Below, one piece after another: positions 11,401 to 24,257 of a stretch of 64,000 nucleotides of DNA; position 1 is the stretch's first letter; every line of letters starts with the position of its first letter. Below the pieces are notes generated by a model. That model was not told where the DNA came from. It saw nothing but the letters and a program-made list of their open reading frames with translations, and made no database searches. This stretch comes from Vitrella brassicaformis CCMP3155 (Eukaryota > Protista > Chromerida): NCBI GenBank assembly GCA_001179505.1, contig CDMY01000295.1, forward strand, positions 248,001 through 312,000, read 5' to 3'. Position numbers and translations under genes: made by a program.

Positions 11401-14400
11401 GAGCTCGTCCCAGCGGGACACGGCGACGGGGCACTGGTCAACCTGCGCCTGAATCGTCACCAACACTTCCAGCGTCGCATCTGAAGACGGAAAGAGAGAA
11501 GATATAGCCGGTTGTGTCGACAGAGGCTACATTTATGTGTGTGTCTGGGTGTGGCACACCTTTCTCGCTGAGGCCTTTGATGGTCTCGTCCAGCTCCTCG
11601 GCCGTCTGAGAGAACGATGCAGTGACAGGGAGAGGTAGCCGATGGATGGATGGCTGGACGGCTGAGCTGAGCCAGTGTGTGTCCCGTCCCTCACCTACCT
11701 TGATGTACTGCTGGATGTTGCTGATCCTATCCCCCAGGCACACAGGCAGATCGCCCACTGCACACACATTCACAGCGGGCAGATTGGAATGGATGCTGCA
11801 TTGCATGGTGGTCGTGTCTAATCCGGTCTGGTCTGTCTGTCCGTCCGCCCGTCTGTCTCCCTCACGTTTGCCCAGTTTGTCCTGCCAGACGTCCGGCTCT
11901 GCCTTGGGCTCTGCCCCAGAGAGGTTGAAGAAGTCGCTCTCCCAGTCGCTGACGATCTTGTGCATCGCCTCAATGAACCGGTACTCGGGCAAACTGAAAA
12001 CACACAGGGGCAGACAGAGACGCCAGCACAAGGCATAACTCATTCTCTCTCCTTCTCTCTCTCTCTGTGCGTGCGTGTGTGTGCGCGTGTCCTCACTCGA
12101 GGAGTTTGTCCCATTGTGGGGCGAGATTGATGGAGGCAGCCTCGGCGGGCCTTGCCGCAGTGTCCTTATCCTGCTCCTTCTGGCCACCTGCTGCTGCTGC
12201 TGGTGCTGCTGGTGGTGGTGGTGCTGCTGCTGCTGCTTCCCCCTGCCCCTCGGCCCTCTGCGGCCCCCTGCCCTTGTCGGGAGTGCCCTTGTCGGGATTG
12301 CCCTCCGCCGTGAGCGCGGCCTCGAACTCCTGGCCCTTCATGCCCTCAATGCCATACTCGTCCACCCTGTGACGCCGCTCGCTGCGCTTCTTTTGCTTGG
12401 CCGCCTTCTTCTCCTTCTTGCTCGCAGCACGCGATGGACGCTCCTTCTCAACAGGGCCCTTGCCGGACTCCGAGGCAGGGCTGGAGTCGGGGCTCTTGCG
12501 GATGGAGGCGGCGCCCCTCTTGCTGACCAGCGGCTCGTCCTCGTCGTTGTCGGCCTCGTCGGGACCGTTGGCCTCGTTGAGCTGCTCGTCGTCCTCCTCT
12601 GGGCTGCGGTCGGGGCCGTCATCCACCGGGCTGGCGTTCGGCTTGCTGCCATTGCCATTACCATTGCCACCATTGCCGTCAGGGCCATCCAGGTCGTCGA
12701 TGCCGTTGCGCATGTCCTCGTCGGTCTCGGGCGGGATCTTGATGCGGTTCCTGAGCTCCTGCTCGTACTCGGCGTTGGCTGGCGGCGCGCGCGGGGCCTC
12801 CTTGAATGGTGGGCGGATGTGCGACGAGGGGTGGGAGCGTTTGGTGCCGCGGCTCTGCAGCCACAGCTGGCGGAAGGGGGTCTCGCCGTCACACAAATCA
12901 ACGACTGCAGGGAAGCAGGGAGAGAGGGATGGGTGGGATGGGTGGTGGAAACAGAAGCGCGACGGTCTGCGTACAGTTGTATTCGACGGGCTCCTTGAAG
13001 AGCGCCTTCACCTCCCGTGAGTCGCACGGCAGCTTGATGCACCGAGCCTGAAGCAGACAGACAGGAGGAGGGAGGGGAATGAGCGGGCCCCTTGCGGAAT
13101 CCCTCCATCTTGTCTCGCCCTCTATGCGGTGCGTACCCGCTCGTGCCAGACTTTGTAACGAATCTCATTCTGCAGACCTGCAGCCACACACATCTCATCT
13201 CCAGCCAGGTGGACGTCCAATATAATTCCACCATGCACCCGAGTGCGTGTGCGTGTGCCGTGGCTCACGTGCTTCTATGTCGTTGTTGCAGTTGAGCGTG
13301 TAGCATTCGATGAGGAGCTGCACCACGGTGCGATAGAAGGCGGCCGAGTGGTAGGTGCGGGGCGCCTGCAGCAGGTGGTGAGCACGGCTCGTCCACTTCT
13401 CGGAACGATCCCATTGCTCTGCACACACCACACCACACCACACGACACACATAGACAGACGGAGGGATGCAAGCTTGCACCCCATTCTATGTGAGCGTCG
13501 CTGACCCTTGAGTGCAATGAGCAGCGGCTGGTCCTTCAGCGTCAGATTGTCTGCATGCCACAAGCGGCACAGAAACAAGGGAATCGTGATATGGTGTGCT
13601 TGTGTGTGAGTCATGTGTGTGGGTGTGGGTGAGTGTACCTCCCTCGTCAATGAGGTTCCTGAGGTCCGCTGTAGAAGGCCGCTGGGCGGGTGGCGGAATC
13701 CGAAGCACCTTCTCGAGCTGAACGACGCACCAAGAGCCAGCCAATGGAAAAACACATGGGGATGGGGTGTGGGTGCCTGACGTACATCGCCGAGTGTGAC
13801 GAAGCTCTTCTTGCGGATGCTGTCCAGCTCCTTGGCCTCAGACGATATCGACGATATGCGAGACTGAATCTGATGACCGAGCCAATCATGCACACACAGG
13901 GGCAAGGGACGGACGTGTGGCCCGGGCGTTGCGTTGCTGCCTACATTTGAGACGCTTGCCCTCTTGAGGAAGTCCTGCGATCGGTTGATCCAGCTACGGG
14001 TCTTGTTCATGACCACCTGACACACACACACACACACATCCATCCATCCACACAGACGTCAACAGGAACATGATGTGGTGTGGTGTGCTAGCCCACCCAC
14101 CCCACCTTTGTCTGATCCAGCTCCTGCTTGAGGTCGACTTCCCTCGCCAGCGCCTCGCCATCAGTCCAGTACGTGTCGAACTCGCCCACAGTCATGTCAC
14201 CTATGCCACACGTCAGTGACACACACACGTTGGCCGATCGTCTTGTCTGACCGACCGACCGACCGACCGACAGACTGAGTGACCGACTCACCAGCGAGTG
14301 CCTTCTGGTGTCTGGCCAGCCACTTCTTGCCCTTCCTCGCCAAAGACTCGAACGCCTTGGACGCTGGGATGATCAACTGACACACAGGCACGCACAGAGC

Positions 14401-17297
14401 ATCCATCCATCCATCCATCTATCATCTGCAGCCACCCTCCACTGACCCACCTTGAACTGGCAGTAGTCGTCAAAGACCTGCTGCACCTCCTGCAGGGTTG
14501 GCAGCGTCTTCTGCGGGTTCCTCTGGGACCTCGTCACGCGCACACCGTCGGCGGCCGGCACGTCCTCGGGTGCGGCTGCGGCTGCGGCTCCCGCAGAGGA
14601 TGGCGTGGCGGATGGGAGGACCGACAGCGGCAGGCCGCCGAGCTGTGTGGAGATGGGCACGCCGCTCCTGTCCTTCTCGGGCTCGGCGTCCTCGTCCTGC
14701 CAGATGTGGGAGAAGTGGGACGCCTGGATGGCCTCGATCCACTCCAGGGCTTTGCTCAGCCGATCCATCAAGTCTCTGCCAGCCACAGAGAAAGGCAGCC
14801 AGCCACAGGGAAGTCAATATCATGAGCCAATTACACACATTATCCTGTCTGTCCATTGCAATGATTGCATTGCGCTCCCTCTATCTCTCACTTTTTGCAC
14901 TGATGTCGTTCGGCGTCGAGGTTCTGTGCCACAGGGTCGTTGAGCAGACTGTAGGCGTAGCTGGCCTTCACCACACGCCCCTGCGCCTTCTCAGCCCTGC
15001 ACTCAGCCAGCAGTCAGTGGCGCCGCACTCGTTTCCTTTGTCACTTGAGTGTCTAGAGTGTGTGACGTGATGTGTTGTGTACTTTTCGATCCAGTTTGAC
15101 GCCGACACTTGGGTGTTGAGGTCCTCGAAGCCCGGCAGCTCCACATACAGCTGAGGGCAGATCCAGCCACACACACAGACAGACACATGGCAGAGAGTGA
15201 TGATGGGAATGTGCCTGTGTCGGTGTGTGTGTGTGTGTGTGTGCACGCGCGTGAAGTGTGTGCATCTCACGCACGTCTTTGGTGTCGTCGATGAACTCTT
15301 TGGTCTTGTCCAGGTCCTTCTCGTCGACGGCCGTGCGCGTCATCTCCTTCCATGCCGTCGTCTGAGCCACACCAGACCACAACACACGACGCGCCAGGTG
15401 AGGTGAGTGACTGCGGTGCAGCTGCTGGCTGATCCATCGTCCCGCCCTGCCTCACTTTGTCGAGTTGGTTCCTGAGAAACTGTCGCTCCGGTACAGAAAT
15501 CGCCAGCTTCTCTCCCTGGATGAGTAGCTCCTCCAAAGTCTTCAGTGGCACCTTGTGGCCTACACACACACACACACACACACAACAGATGCACGTGTGT
15601 TCCCAACACACACACACACACACGCTGGCCTGTATGTGGATGGATGGATGGATGGTCCCCCACCTACCTTTGCCGGCTGTCTTTGCGTTGACGTGTGTTT
15701 TCGTGGGGTCGTTTTTGCGGAACGAGCAGCTGACAAGCCCGATGACGTCCTTGACCTTCTCGCGGTACTGATGCGCCTTGAACAGGACGCCCCTCACCTC
15801 CTCGAGCAGCGGCAGCTCGACGTACACCGCCAGGGCCGTGCCCTCACGCTCGAGCTCCTTCAACTCGTGCCAGTCGTGCTCGGGGCCTGTGTGTTTGGGG
15901 TGGGTGACACACACACATACAAGGGGGAACGGACGGATGGATATCGAGCACTCAGGGTGGGTGGGTGGGTGTGCCCGGCCCGCGTGTTGGCTGACCTGTC
16001 TTGAGCACGTTGGTGGTCCGCTCATTCCAATCTTGGACGGCATCGAGCTGAGGGAAGAGGTATAGAGGCAAACGTGAGATGGGTTGATATGATGGTTGAC
16101 GTGACGTGACGTGCATGTGGATGTGGACTGGACGGGCTCACTGACTCACTCACCTGTGCCTGGATGTTCGTGAGCTGCTGCCGCAGCACGTGAATCGACG
16201 CAGGGGTTGAACGAGCCTGCACACACACACACCGCCCACACGCACACAGGCAGACGAAGTCACAGCCAATACACCCAACGACCCACTCCACTGCACTCCA
16301 CTCCACTCACCCGTATAGCTGACGTGGACACCTCCCACTTGGCCGTCCTGGCCTCCCTCTCCTTCTCCCTCTCCCGCTCCCTCTCCCTCTCCCTCTCCCT
16401 TTCGCGTTCCCTTTTGCGCTCCTTCTTGCTGCTCCCGCCGCCCTGGCTGTGCCCTCGGTGCTCGAGCTGCTGCCGCTCGCCCTTCTCACGGCTGCGCATC
16501 CGGTCGCGCAGAAACGCCTCCTCGGACAGGGAGTTGAACGGTGTGGATGCACTCAAGGACTCCTTCCTGAGTCGAAGGAAGTCGTCCTCGGTGCGTGCCT
16601 GGCCGCTGGGAGTGGGGTCTGGGCGCCACTCCCTGAACACACACATGGCCACAGACACAGACACAGACACAGACACATACGTGACACGCAGATGCGCACA
16701 TGACACGCACAGCACAGCAGGCAGCCACGTCAGGCACCGCACAGACACGGGCAGCACTCTCAGCACGAATCGCATCGACCTCTCAACCTCATCGGCGGCT
16801 CTGGCTACCGCGTCGCAACCTGCCTGACTCCCTGCCTGCCTGCCACATGCACCTCCTCCCTCCCCCATGTGCTGCGTGAGACAGTATGGTCATCGCCTCT
16901 CTGACCCTCCCTCCCTCGCTCCCTGGCTCCCTGCCACCTCCCACTCCACTCACAGGGTGGGCTGTAGTGTCGGGTCGGGCGGTCTCCTGTCGATAACATC
17001 AGGCTCAGGTATGTCGGGTGCCTTGAAGAATGGCGCGAGGTAGGCCTGATAGCGGTAGTGGTCGAGGCGGATGCTCTTCTTGACCTTGCCCGTCGACAGC
17101 AGCTCGTCGTAGAACTTCCGGGCAGGCGCTGCGCACACCACACACACAGCCACACACGTCAGGGAGTCGCTCCCGGCCTGGGGGTGCCCTCACAGGGGCA
17201 GGCACACGCACACAGGTCGCCTGACTCGCCTCACTCCCACCCCGCATGGTCAGACGGTCTTACGGATTTTGTGTGGATGTGCGTCGCCGTCGTCCAT
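2451..17297 (-). CDS. Very large (about 3,500-3,800 aa, about 35 exons) PHD-finger protein with PLU-1-like helical repeats (KDM5/JARID1 C-terminal-like); C-terminus Pro/Ala-rich and interrupted by an N gap
   Basis: Chain of GT(GC)-AG exons from MDDGDAHPHKIPPARKFYDELL (ATG 17297) to KATKPDGGT* (2451). C4HC3 PHD finger CPICARLQTEDTEAAAWISCDECGRWFHMHCVGISGSAILPSTYVCPICC at about 6317-6466. Repeated amphipathic segments such as LKELEREGTALAVYVELPLLEEVRGVL, VPLKTLEELLIQGEKLAISVPERQFL and LPNVKLLMERLQMAREW resemble PLU-1 repeats. A single-gene model is inferred from frame-consistent junctions. Confidence 0.7.
3036..3335. other. Assembly gap (300 N placeholder) inside the last exon of the PHD gene
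   Basis: Exactly 300 N. The coding frames on either side differ, so the true length is not 300 or an intron is hidden. Confidence 0.95.
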
Positions 17298-17710
17298 TCT
17301 CGGCACCGGGAAGCGATGGGAGACGCAGGAAAGGCCTCCAGGCCGCGGGGACGCCTGACTGTCGGTTCTACACAGAAAAACCGACGAGGCTGAAATGGAT
17401 TAAAAAGGTGCTAGACAGATGGGCAATGATGCCACTGATGGATATATTCAAGCATTGAGCTCATCCAAAAGGCGGAAAGATCACAAACCGCCCTCCCTTC
17501 GTTCCATTTACCCCCAGGTGGGTTTGGGTTTAGCTCGCACAGAAGGAAAGCGGAAAGCGGAAAGCGGAGGGTGTGTGTCGTGGGCTGGCTCTCTCCCTCT
17601 CCCTCCCGGCCGCAAGACGGTGGTTTGACATTGAGCTAATTGCTCTGCGCGGGTCTTCTAATCAGTTGTGAGTGAGCATGCGGGCCTGAGCGCATTGCAG
17701 ACGCTCGTGG

Positions 17711-19697
17711 ATGGACGTCGGTATGTTCGGCTGGTCGTGTCTGGGCCAGTTTCCTGTCCCGGACGCCAGCCAGGAGCTGACCTTTAGCCATAGACAGGAG
17801 CGCCGGGGGCTCTGTGATGGACAAACGACAGGTATGCATTGCAATGGCAGGAAGGACAAGGAGTGCTCAATGTGATGCAGGCACTGCGTCAATGGTCTTA
17901 TTCTCTCTGGTGGCATGGCACACAGGTCCCGTCAGCTCGGGCATCTTCAGTCTTGCCCGCTGCGACGTCGCCAACGGCCTGTGCGCCTGCAGCCCACCTT
18001 CATTCGATGACCCCCACAACTGGACGCTCGACCAGCCGCACCAGCTGCACCCCCTGCCAGAGGAGGACTTCATCGCCCGCGGATCAGCCACCACCAAGAC
18101 CAACCGACTCATGCACTCTGCCAGGGAACACCACCACCACTCCCTCCACCCCCTGCCGTCCATCCGCACCGACCCGGTTGGCACCTCGGTGCAGGTGGTC
18201 TTCAACACGGTGTTTGGCGGGCCGCACTGTGAGCCCAGTGCGGAAAGGCTGGGGATGGTCGGGGAGGAGGAGGAGCCGCACACCCTTGATCTCAACAGTG
18301 ACGAGGGGATGCCTGCCGCACTCATGGATGGAGCGGTGTTCCGCGGCGGCCTCGTGGACCCTCTGCGGACGTCTCCCTCGCCCTTCCCGCAGCCCGCCGC
18401 CCCTGGACGGGAGAGCCCGGCACAGGCGCCAATGGTCGGCGCCACAGGCCCTGCTCGCGTCCGCATGTCTGACTACAACCGGCCTGCCCTCCAGCCTCTT
18501 CTCGGTGACCCCAGCATCGCAGCGCCTCCATCCCCTTACTGCGTCGGGGCGGGTGCGCCTCCCATCCATCCCATCAACTATGGCGAGGCTCAGCCCGGCA
18601 TTATGCTGGCCCCGCAGCACCACACACATGTGTCCCTCTCCCCTGGTCGCACACCGCCCGTCCGCTCGCCGGAGCAGCCGCCTCGTGAAGTGCCGCCCTC
18701 ATCGCTCCCCAAGACTCGTCCGAAAGCCCCGTTCGCGCCGAAGAAATCGCTGCCCTTCTTTGCCGTGTCCGAGACGCCCTCCCGCCGGTCCCTTGGCGAG
18801 GGCATGCAGAAGATGTTCCGCCGGTGGATCGGATCGAGCACGGTGGACCGAGCCGAGTTCAAGGGGCCGGTCGGCACAGCGTCATCACAGAAGAAGGCGG
18901 GCGTCTCTTCCCTGGCCGACAAGAGGAAGGACTCCCAGCCGGCGGCCCCCGCGCCGCCCCAGAAGGTGCCGCCGATCTCTCCCCCGTCACCAGACCATCA
19001 CCACCACATGGACGAGCGGCCAGGCCCGTCTGCAGCCACTCGCGGCGGTAGGCTGCCCCCTCCACGTGTGCGCGAGGACCCTCACCCGTTCCAGGCCAGC
19101 AGGGAGGAGGGCCCCTCGTCAGCCAGGCTAAACGCGCCGCTGATTCCCTACTTCTCGGGCGGTGGGGGCGGCAAGAGGGAGGACGAGGGTGGTGGTGGGC
19201 GGCCCACGCCCCCGTCGACCAAGACAAAGCCCCCTGGCATCAGTGCTGCTGTGTTGGGGGGTCTGTCTGCCCTGAGGGACATTACCCGGTCGCCGAGGGC
19301 CAAGTCGACCAAGCAGCCCACTCTCACTACCGAGGCATCCATCGCCACGGACAACGACAGCGACTGGACATTCGTACAGCAGCAGAACCACCAGCAGCAG
19401 CAGCAGCAGCCCAGGAGGGGTCAAAGGCAGAGGGCCATTGACCGCATCGACCGCCCGGGGGCCATGTTTGAGGATGGGGGCGGCTGTGAGGGCGACATGG
19501 AGGACGACCCCGACAGCAGGAGCGGGCTCAACGCCAAGGTGGTGCTCTCCTCGCCGACCATCGCTATTGGTGTGCTGTCCGAGTGCGTCGAGAAGGCCGC
19601 CAACTCACCCACGAGCAGCAAGCCCAACTCAGACAAGTGGGGGAAACGGATTGCGGACGCCCCGCTCAAGAGGCTCACCAGCCGTAGGAGCCGATAA
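17711..19697 (+). CDS. Hypothetical protein, two exons, short Cys-containing N-terminal region followed by a long Pro/Ser-rich disordered region
   Basis: ATG 17711 MDVGMFGWSCLGQF...GQTT, spliced (acag|gtatgc...cacacag|GT) in frame to the long ORF ending 19697. GC3-rich codon usage throughout. No family recognised. Confidence 0.6.
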
Positions 19698-20030
19698 ATA
19701 GATAGGATGAATTGATAGTGGGTGTCTGTGAACGGATGGATGGATGGATGGATGGTCTGATGTGAGCAGCCTGACTGAGAGACTGGATGGGGTGCGGACT
19801 GGGTGGGTTGCGTTCTGACGGGACGGAGAGACTCGGTTTCGTTGTTCAATATCGTTGGATTAGTGTGCAGGAGTTCGTTCGCTTCACGTGATTGTTGCCT
19901 AGTGTCCATCCATCCATCATACCGAGCACATCCACATCCCGTGAGATATCCCATCCCGCCGGCATGTATATACACTCTACACACGCCTCAGGCGCACCCA
20001 CCCACACAACCACCAACCCTCCCTCACTCC

Positions 20031-22445
20031 TCACTGCAGCACTGGCGGCCCCCCAAACGTGAACGCCGCAAAATCCCTCGCACCAGCACCACTCCTGTCA
20101 CTCGGCCGTCTGGGCGGGGTCTCTGGCTGCTGCAGATACCTCAGAGGGCCGGGGATGTCCTCAAGAGCACGTGAAGGGCCGGCAGCAGGCCGCTCGGACG
20201 ACGACAGCAGCTGGATCACCTCGTCTGCATCCTGGAGGAGGGCTCGTTCGTTCGTGCTGCGGTCGCGGCCGACCCAGGCGCAAGGGTCGTCAGCAGTGAG
20301 GGACGGGTAGGTGTGGGTGTGGGTGTGGGAGTGGTGGATGGTTGCCGGATGGTGCTCCTTAGGCTTCCTCATCCCCATCTGCTCGTGCCGCACGCTCGTC
20401 GTGCCGACCTTCCTGTGCTGAGGCTGTGTGGGTAAGGCCGCCTTGCCCGTGACGCCCCTCTGCCTGCTGCTGGATGGCTCCCTTCTTGTCGGCCGGCCGG
20501 GTGCACCCGCACTATGCTGGCGAGCACTCCTGGGGAGGGGATGAGCGTGACTGCGCTCTCTGGATGGGGGCCGGTTTGTCCTCACCTTCGCCTTTGCCTG
20601 CGGCTTGCCACGCCCTCTTGCCATCGGGACTCCTCTGTGGCTATCGGTCGTCTGTAGCAGAGGGGGGTGGTCCTGTGCCGAGCCGCCGGCTCTCCTCTCC
20701 TCATGCAGAGTCTCTTCAATGTCGTCGAGTGAGTCCAACAGGCGATAGAGTCGCTGGTCGAAGGGCCCCTCGCCAATAATGGGGCTCTCCACCCCCACCA
20801 GCCCCTCCCCCTCCCTCCCGATGCTGCTGATGATGCCCCGCTGATGGTGGTGACGCACGAGAAGTGGGCTTTCCTGCTGCTCCTCCTCCCGGACGGTCCC
20901 ATAGCCTCCGCCACAGTTGGTGGCGCTGTACCCGAGAGGCAGCGAGTCCAGGCTAGGCGCTCGCATGCCCCTGAAGCTCGTCATGCCCTCTTGCTGCTGC
21001 TGCTGCTGCTGGTCGTTGGCGGCGGCGTTGAGGGTACCGAATGGGACTGGTGCTGGAGGGGGCGGTCTTGCTTGGTCCGTCTTGTAAATGGAGGGGGGCT
21101 TGTGGTTGTTGGTCTGCGTGAGGATCTGGCGCAGGGAGAGGGGTGAGTGCCGTGTGTGGCGGCGGGAGGATAGAGGCACACTCGCCTGTGGCGCGGGCGG
21201 GTCGGCTGGAGGGACGACTGGATGCACATGGCCCGCCCGCAACCTGTAAACCGAATACACACAAAGAACACAGGCACACGTTGAATGCCACCAACTATTT
21301 GCGCTCATATTCTGCCTACGTACTCACATGTCATTCGTTTCTCTGGCGGCGGACGCACTAGGTCTCCCTCTCTCAACCACTCCACTCCTCCCTGCCAGCA
21401 CGGGGACCGCTGGCGGCCGGGCTTCAGGCAGCAGCCCCCCACCCCTCATGTCCTCCCTGCCTTCACAGCCCACGGGTTGGCCAGCCCAGGTCTCTCGGTG
21501 CATCGGATCACGAATCGGAGGTGGAGGTGGCGGGGGTGGCAATGGACGTGACACCGCTGGATGATGGGTGACATGGGGCACCCTCGATGCTGATGCATCT
21601 GCCCGCTCCGAAAGGGACAGCGCAGCAGCAGGGTGTGCTGCCGGTCTTCCCACAGACGAGTGCAGCGGCTGACGGTCCGANNNNNNNNNNNNNNNNNNNN
21701 NNNNNNNNNNNNNNNNNNNNNNNNNNNNNNNNNNNNNNNNNNNNNNNNNNNNNNNNNNNNNNNNNNNNNNNNNNNNNNNNNNNNNNNNNNNNNNNNNNNN
21801 NNNNNNNNNNNNNNNNNNNNNNNNNNNNNNNNNNNNNNNNNNNNNNNNNNNNNNNNNNNNNNNNNNNNNNNNNNNNNNNNNNNNNNNNNNNNNNNNNNNN
21901 NNNNNNNNNNNNNNNNNNNNNNNNNNNNNNNNNNNNNNNNNNNNNNNNNNNNNNNNNNNNNNNNNNNNNNNNNNNNNNNNCTCTGAGGTGTCACGGTTGG
22001 GCTGCGGGTGATGGTCAGGTGACGAGTGCGGCGCCCTCGGGCGATAGGGGGATGGCGACTCTATCCACTGCTTGGGCGAGAGGGAATGCATCGAGCCAGG
22101 GGCGGATGGCGAGGGCCTTATCGGACTGACACAGGCATGCACTCTCGATGGAGCTGGAGCGGAAGATCCCATCGCCGCTGATTCATCGGGGTGCTTCTTG
22201 GAGGTGTCGAGGCGGCTCTGGTAGGTCTTGAGCAGCTCCAGGGACTGCTGGAACTTGTCGCGGAGGCTGGAGGCCTCTGCAATGACCTGGCTGTGCTTGG
22301 CGCGCAGGCTGCTGACTTGCGTTTCGGCCGATTGCCGCTGCCGCCGCTCCTCAGAAAGCCGCTTGATGAGCTGGCCCACTCGCTGCTTGTCCAGCTGGTG
22401 CAGGTCCTTCAGCCGCGGCGCATCCGGTTCGGTGATGTCATCCAT
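20031..22445 (-). CDS. KIAA1328/hinderin-like coiled-coil protein, two exons, spans an N gap
   Basis: N-terminus MDDITEPDAPRLKDLHQLDKQRVGQLIKRL...LRDKFQQSLELLKTYQSRL resembles the conserved KIAA1328 motif LKDLxxxDKxRxxxLIxxL...LLxxYQ (recalled, not searched). The intron at about 21244-21327 joins ORF 21324..22559 to ORF 20031..21308 in frame. Confidence 0.6.
21681..21980. other. Assembly gap (300 N placeholder) inside the hinderin-like gene
   Basis: Exactly 300 N. Confidence 0.95.
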
Positions 22446-23064
22446 GAAGAAAAGGGCCGACCAAGAGGCTTCTACAGCCGGCAACGCTACTCTCTTAAGG
22501 CCGCAAAGGGAAAGAGCTGGGGCACTCGAGTTTTTGCGAGCTTGTGAGCGTGCAGACAACTGAAGGAATCGTGGAGTGGAAGCCTCTCTCTCCGCTCAGA
22601 GAGCGATATATTCAACGACGAAGCGGGAGATCTACCTTGTCGTCAAAAGAGAGACGAATTGCTGCCGGTGGGGCTCACCCCCATGTGGAGTGAAGAGGAG
22701 TGAATGAAGAACGGGCAACAGCACGTCATCGATCGATTTGTCATCCACCAACCGGCCCATCCACACCTCCAGACGGTACCCCGGACGGAGGCTGAGCCCC
22801 CCGACGAAACGAACTTACTCAAGCAGGAGCCTCCCTGCCCCACGTGAGCATTCACCGCAGGCCTCCTGAGGGAGAAGAAGGACAAGCAACACATCCCGGC
22901 CTCGTTCGTGTGTGTTTCTAGGTGTACCGAGCCCACCTGGCTACGTGTGCCCGCGCGGTGCGCCTGTCCAACCGGCGACGGATGGTGATAAGGTGTTTCA
23001 ACTTGGACGATCCCGCACTCGGCAGCCTTTCTGCCAGTGCATCAAGTTCCGCCGAGACAGGAAC

Positions 23065-24257
23065 ATGGCTGCCACTGTCGGCCTCGTCAACAGCATCATC
23101 GCCCGAGAGATCAACCCCCCAGGAAGATATGTCCACCTCATAAACACATGGGGCGGAGACGCGAGGGCCATCGTCGCCATCGTCACGATCCACTCTCTTG
23201 ACGACGGTGCCCACCTCTTGTCGCTCATCCAACTGGCCGTCAACAGCATGGAGGGCGTCCTGCAAGAGTGGCCGAGCAAGAAGGCGAGGGCCTGCGTGGT
23301 CAAAGAGCTGGTCAGCGCCGGAGCGGATGTGAACTTCGGCCAGCCCATATGGAATGCAGTGGACGAGATGGACCTGCCTCTCTTCAAAGAGCTATTAGCT
23401 GGAGATCCCCAGGTTCTCAGCCTTCGACCGAGCTTCGCCCGATTCCTTAGGCTGGGAGACATCCTTCGATGCGCTGTCACTGCATCCGACCCTGAGGTGC
23501 TCACGTGGATGCTCAACCACGGCATTGGGAGACACATCAACCACACGCGAAATCGCCGCATCCTGGCAGAGGCCGGACGGGCGGTTGCAGACTGTCGGCT
23601 GAGCAGGCGGGGAAGGACAAATCGTTGATTCCCTCGGCGCGCAGATGCATTCGCGTCTTGCTCGACCATGGCGCCTCCCTTCGAGACTTTCCTCTTGACC
23701 CCATGGTGCAGCAGGAGGTTATGGCCGTCTACCGCGATTATCTGATCTCTTTTCCTGGTGCGGCAATGCAGAAAGCCAATTCAGCCATCTCGGCAGCAGG
23801 CCCAATCCGCCCATTCACGCGGAGGGGGCGACTTGAGTGGCGCACTACCACGGCAATCGAACACTTCGCTGAATGGGCCGCCTCACAGACATCCATGAAG
23901 CAGCGCTCCCAGGTTCTCGATGGCAGGTGTTTTGCTCTGGTGTCGAAGGACGGATGCGACACTGGGGGGGTTAAAAAGGTGGTCAGACGCCTGACTCTTC
24001 GTGACGTCGTCTCGCGGGCTGTGGAGGACGAAGCTCACCTGTATGGGCTCGATATGAGGCTGGTCTGTAGGAGAGTATCAGACTCACGGTCAGCGACTGC
24101 CGAGTTGCCCTTTGATTGGCAGCTGTTGAGAGGAGTGGGAATTAGGCCAGATGGGAAGGAGGGGTGCAGTGAGTTGCGGTTTGATTGGTTTGACGAGGAG
24201 ATTGAGGATGCGCTGGAGGAGCAAGGGGGGGCACTGAACTCGGAGGGAGAGGGGTAA
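23065..24257 (+). pseudogene. Ankyrin-repeat-like gene split across two frames (frameshift near 23590-23625): pseudogene, assembly indel or unrecognised intron
   Basis: Frame A (ORF 22912..23628) has VVKELVSAGADVN and VLTWMLNHG, then stops. Frame B (ORF 23505..24257) continues with RCIRVLLDHGA. No typical microsatellite intron lies between them. Confidence 0.5.

Noticed and set aside
16345-16405. (RE)n dipeptide repeat in the PHD gene
   Set aside because: Ordinary low-complexity charged tract encoded by GA-rich slippage; common in nuclear proteins.
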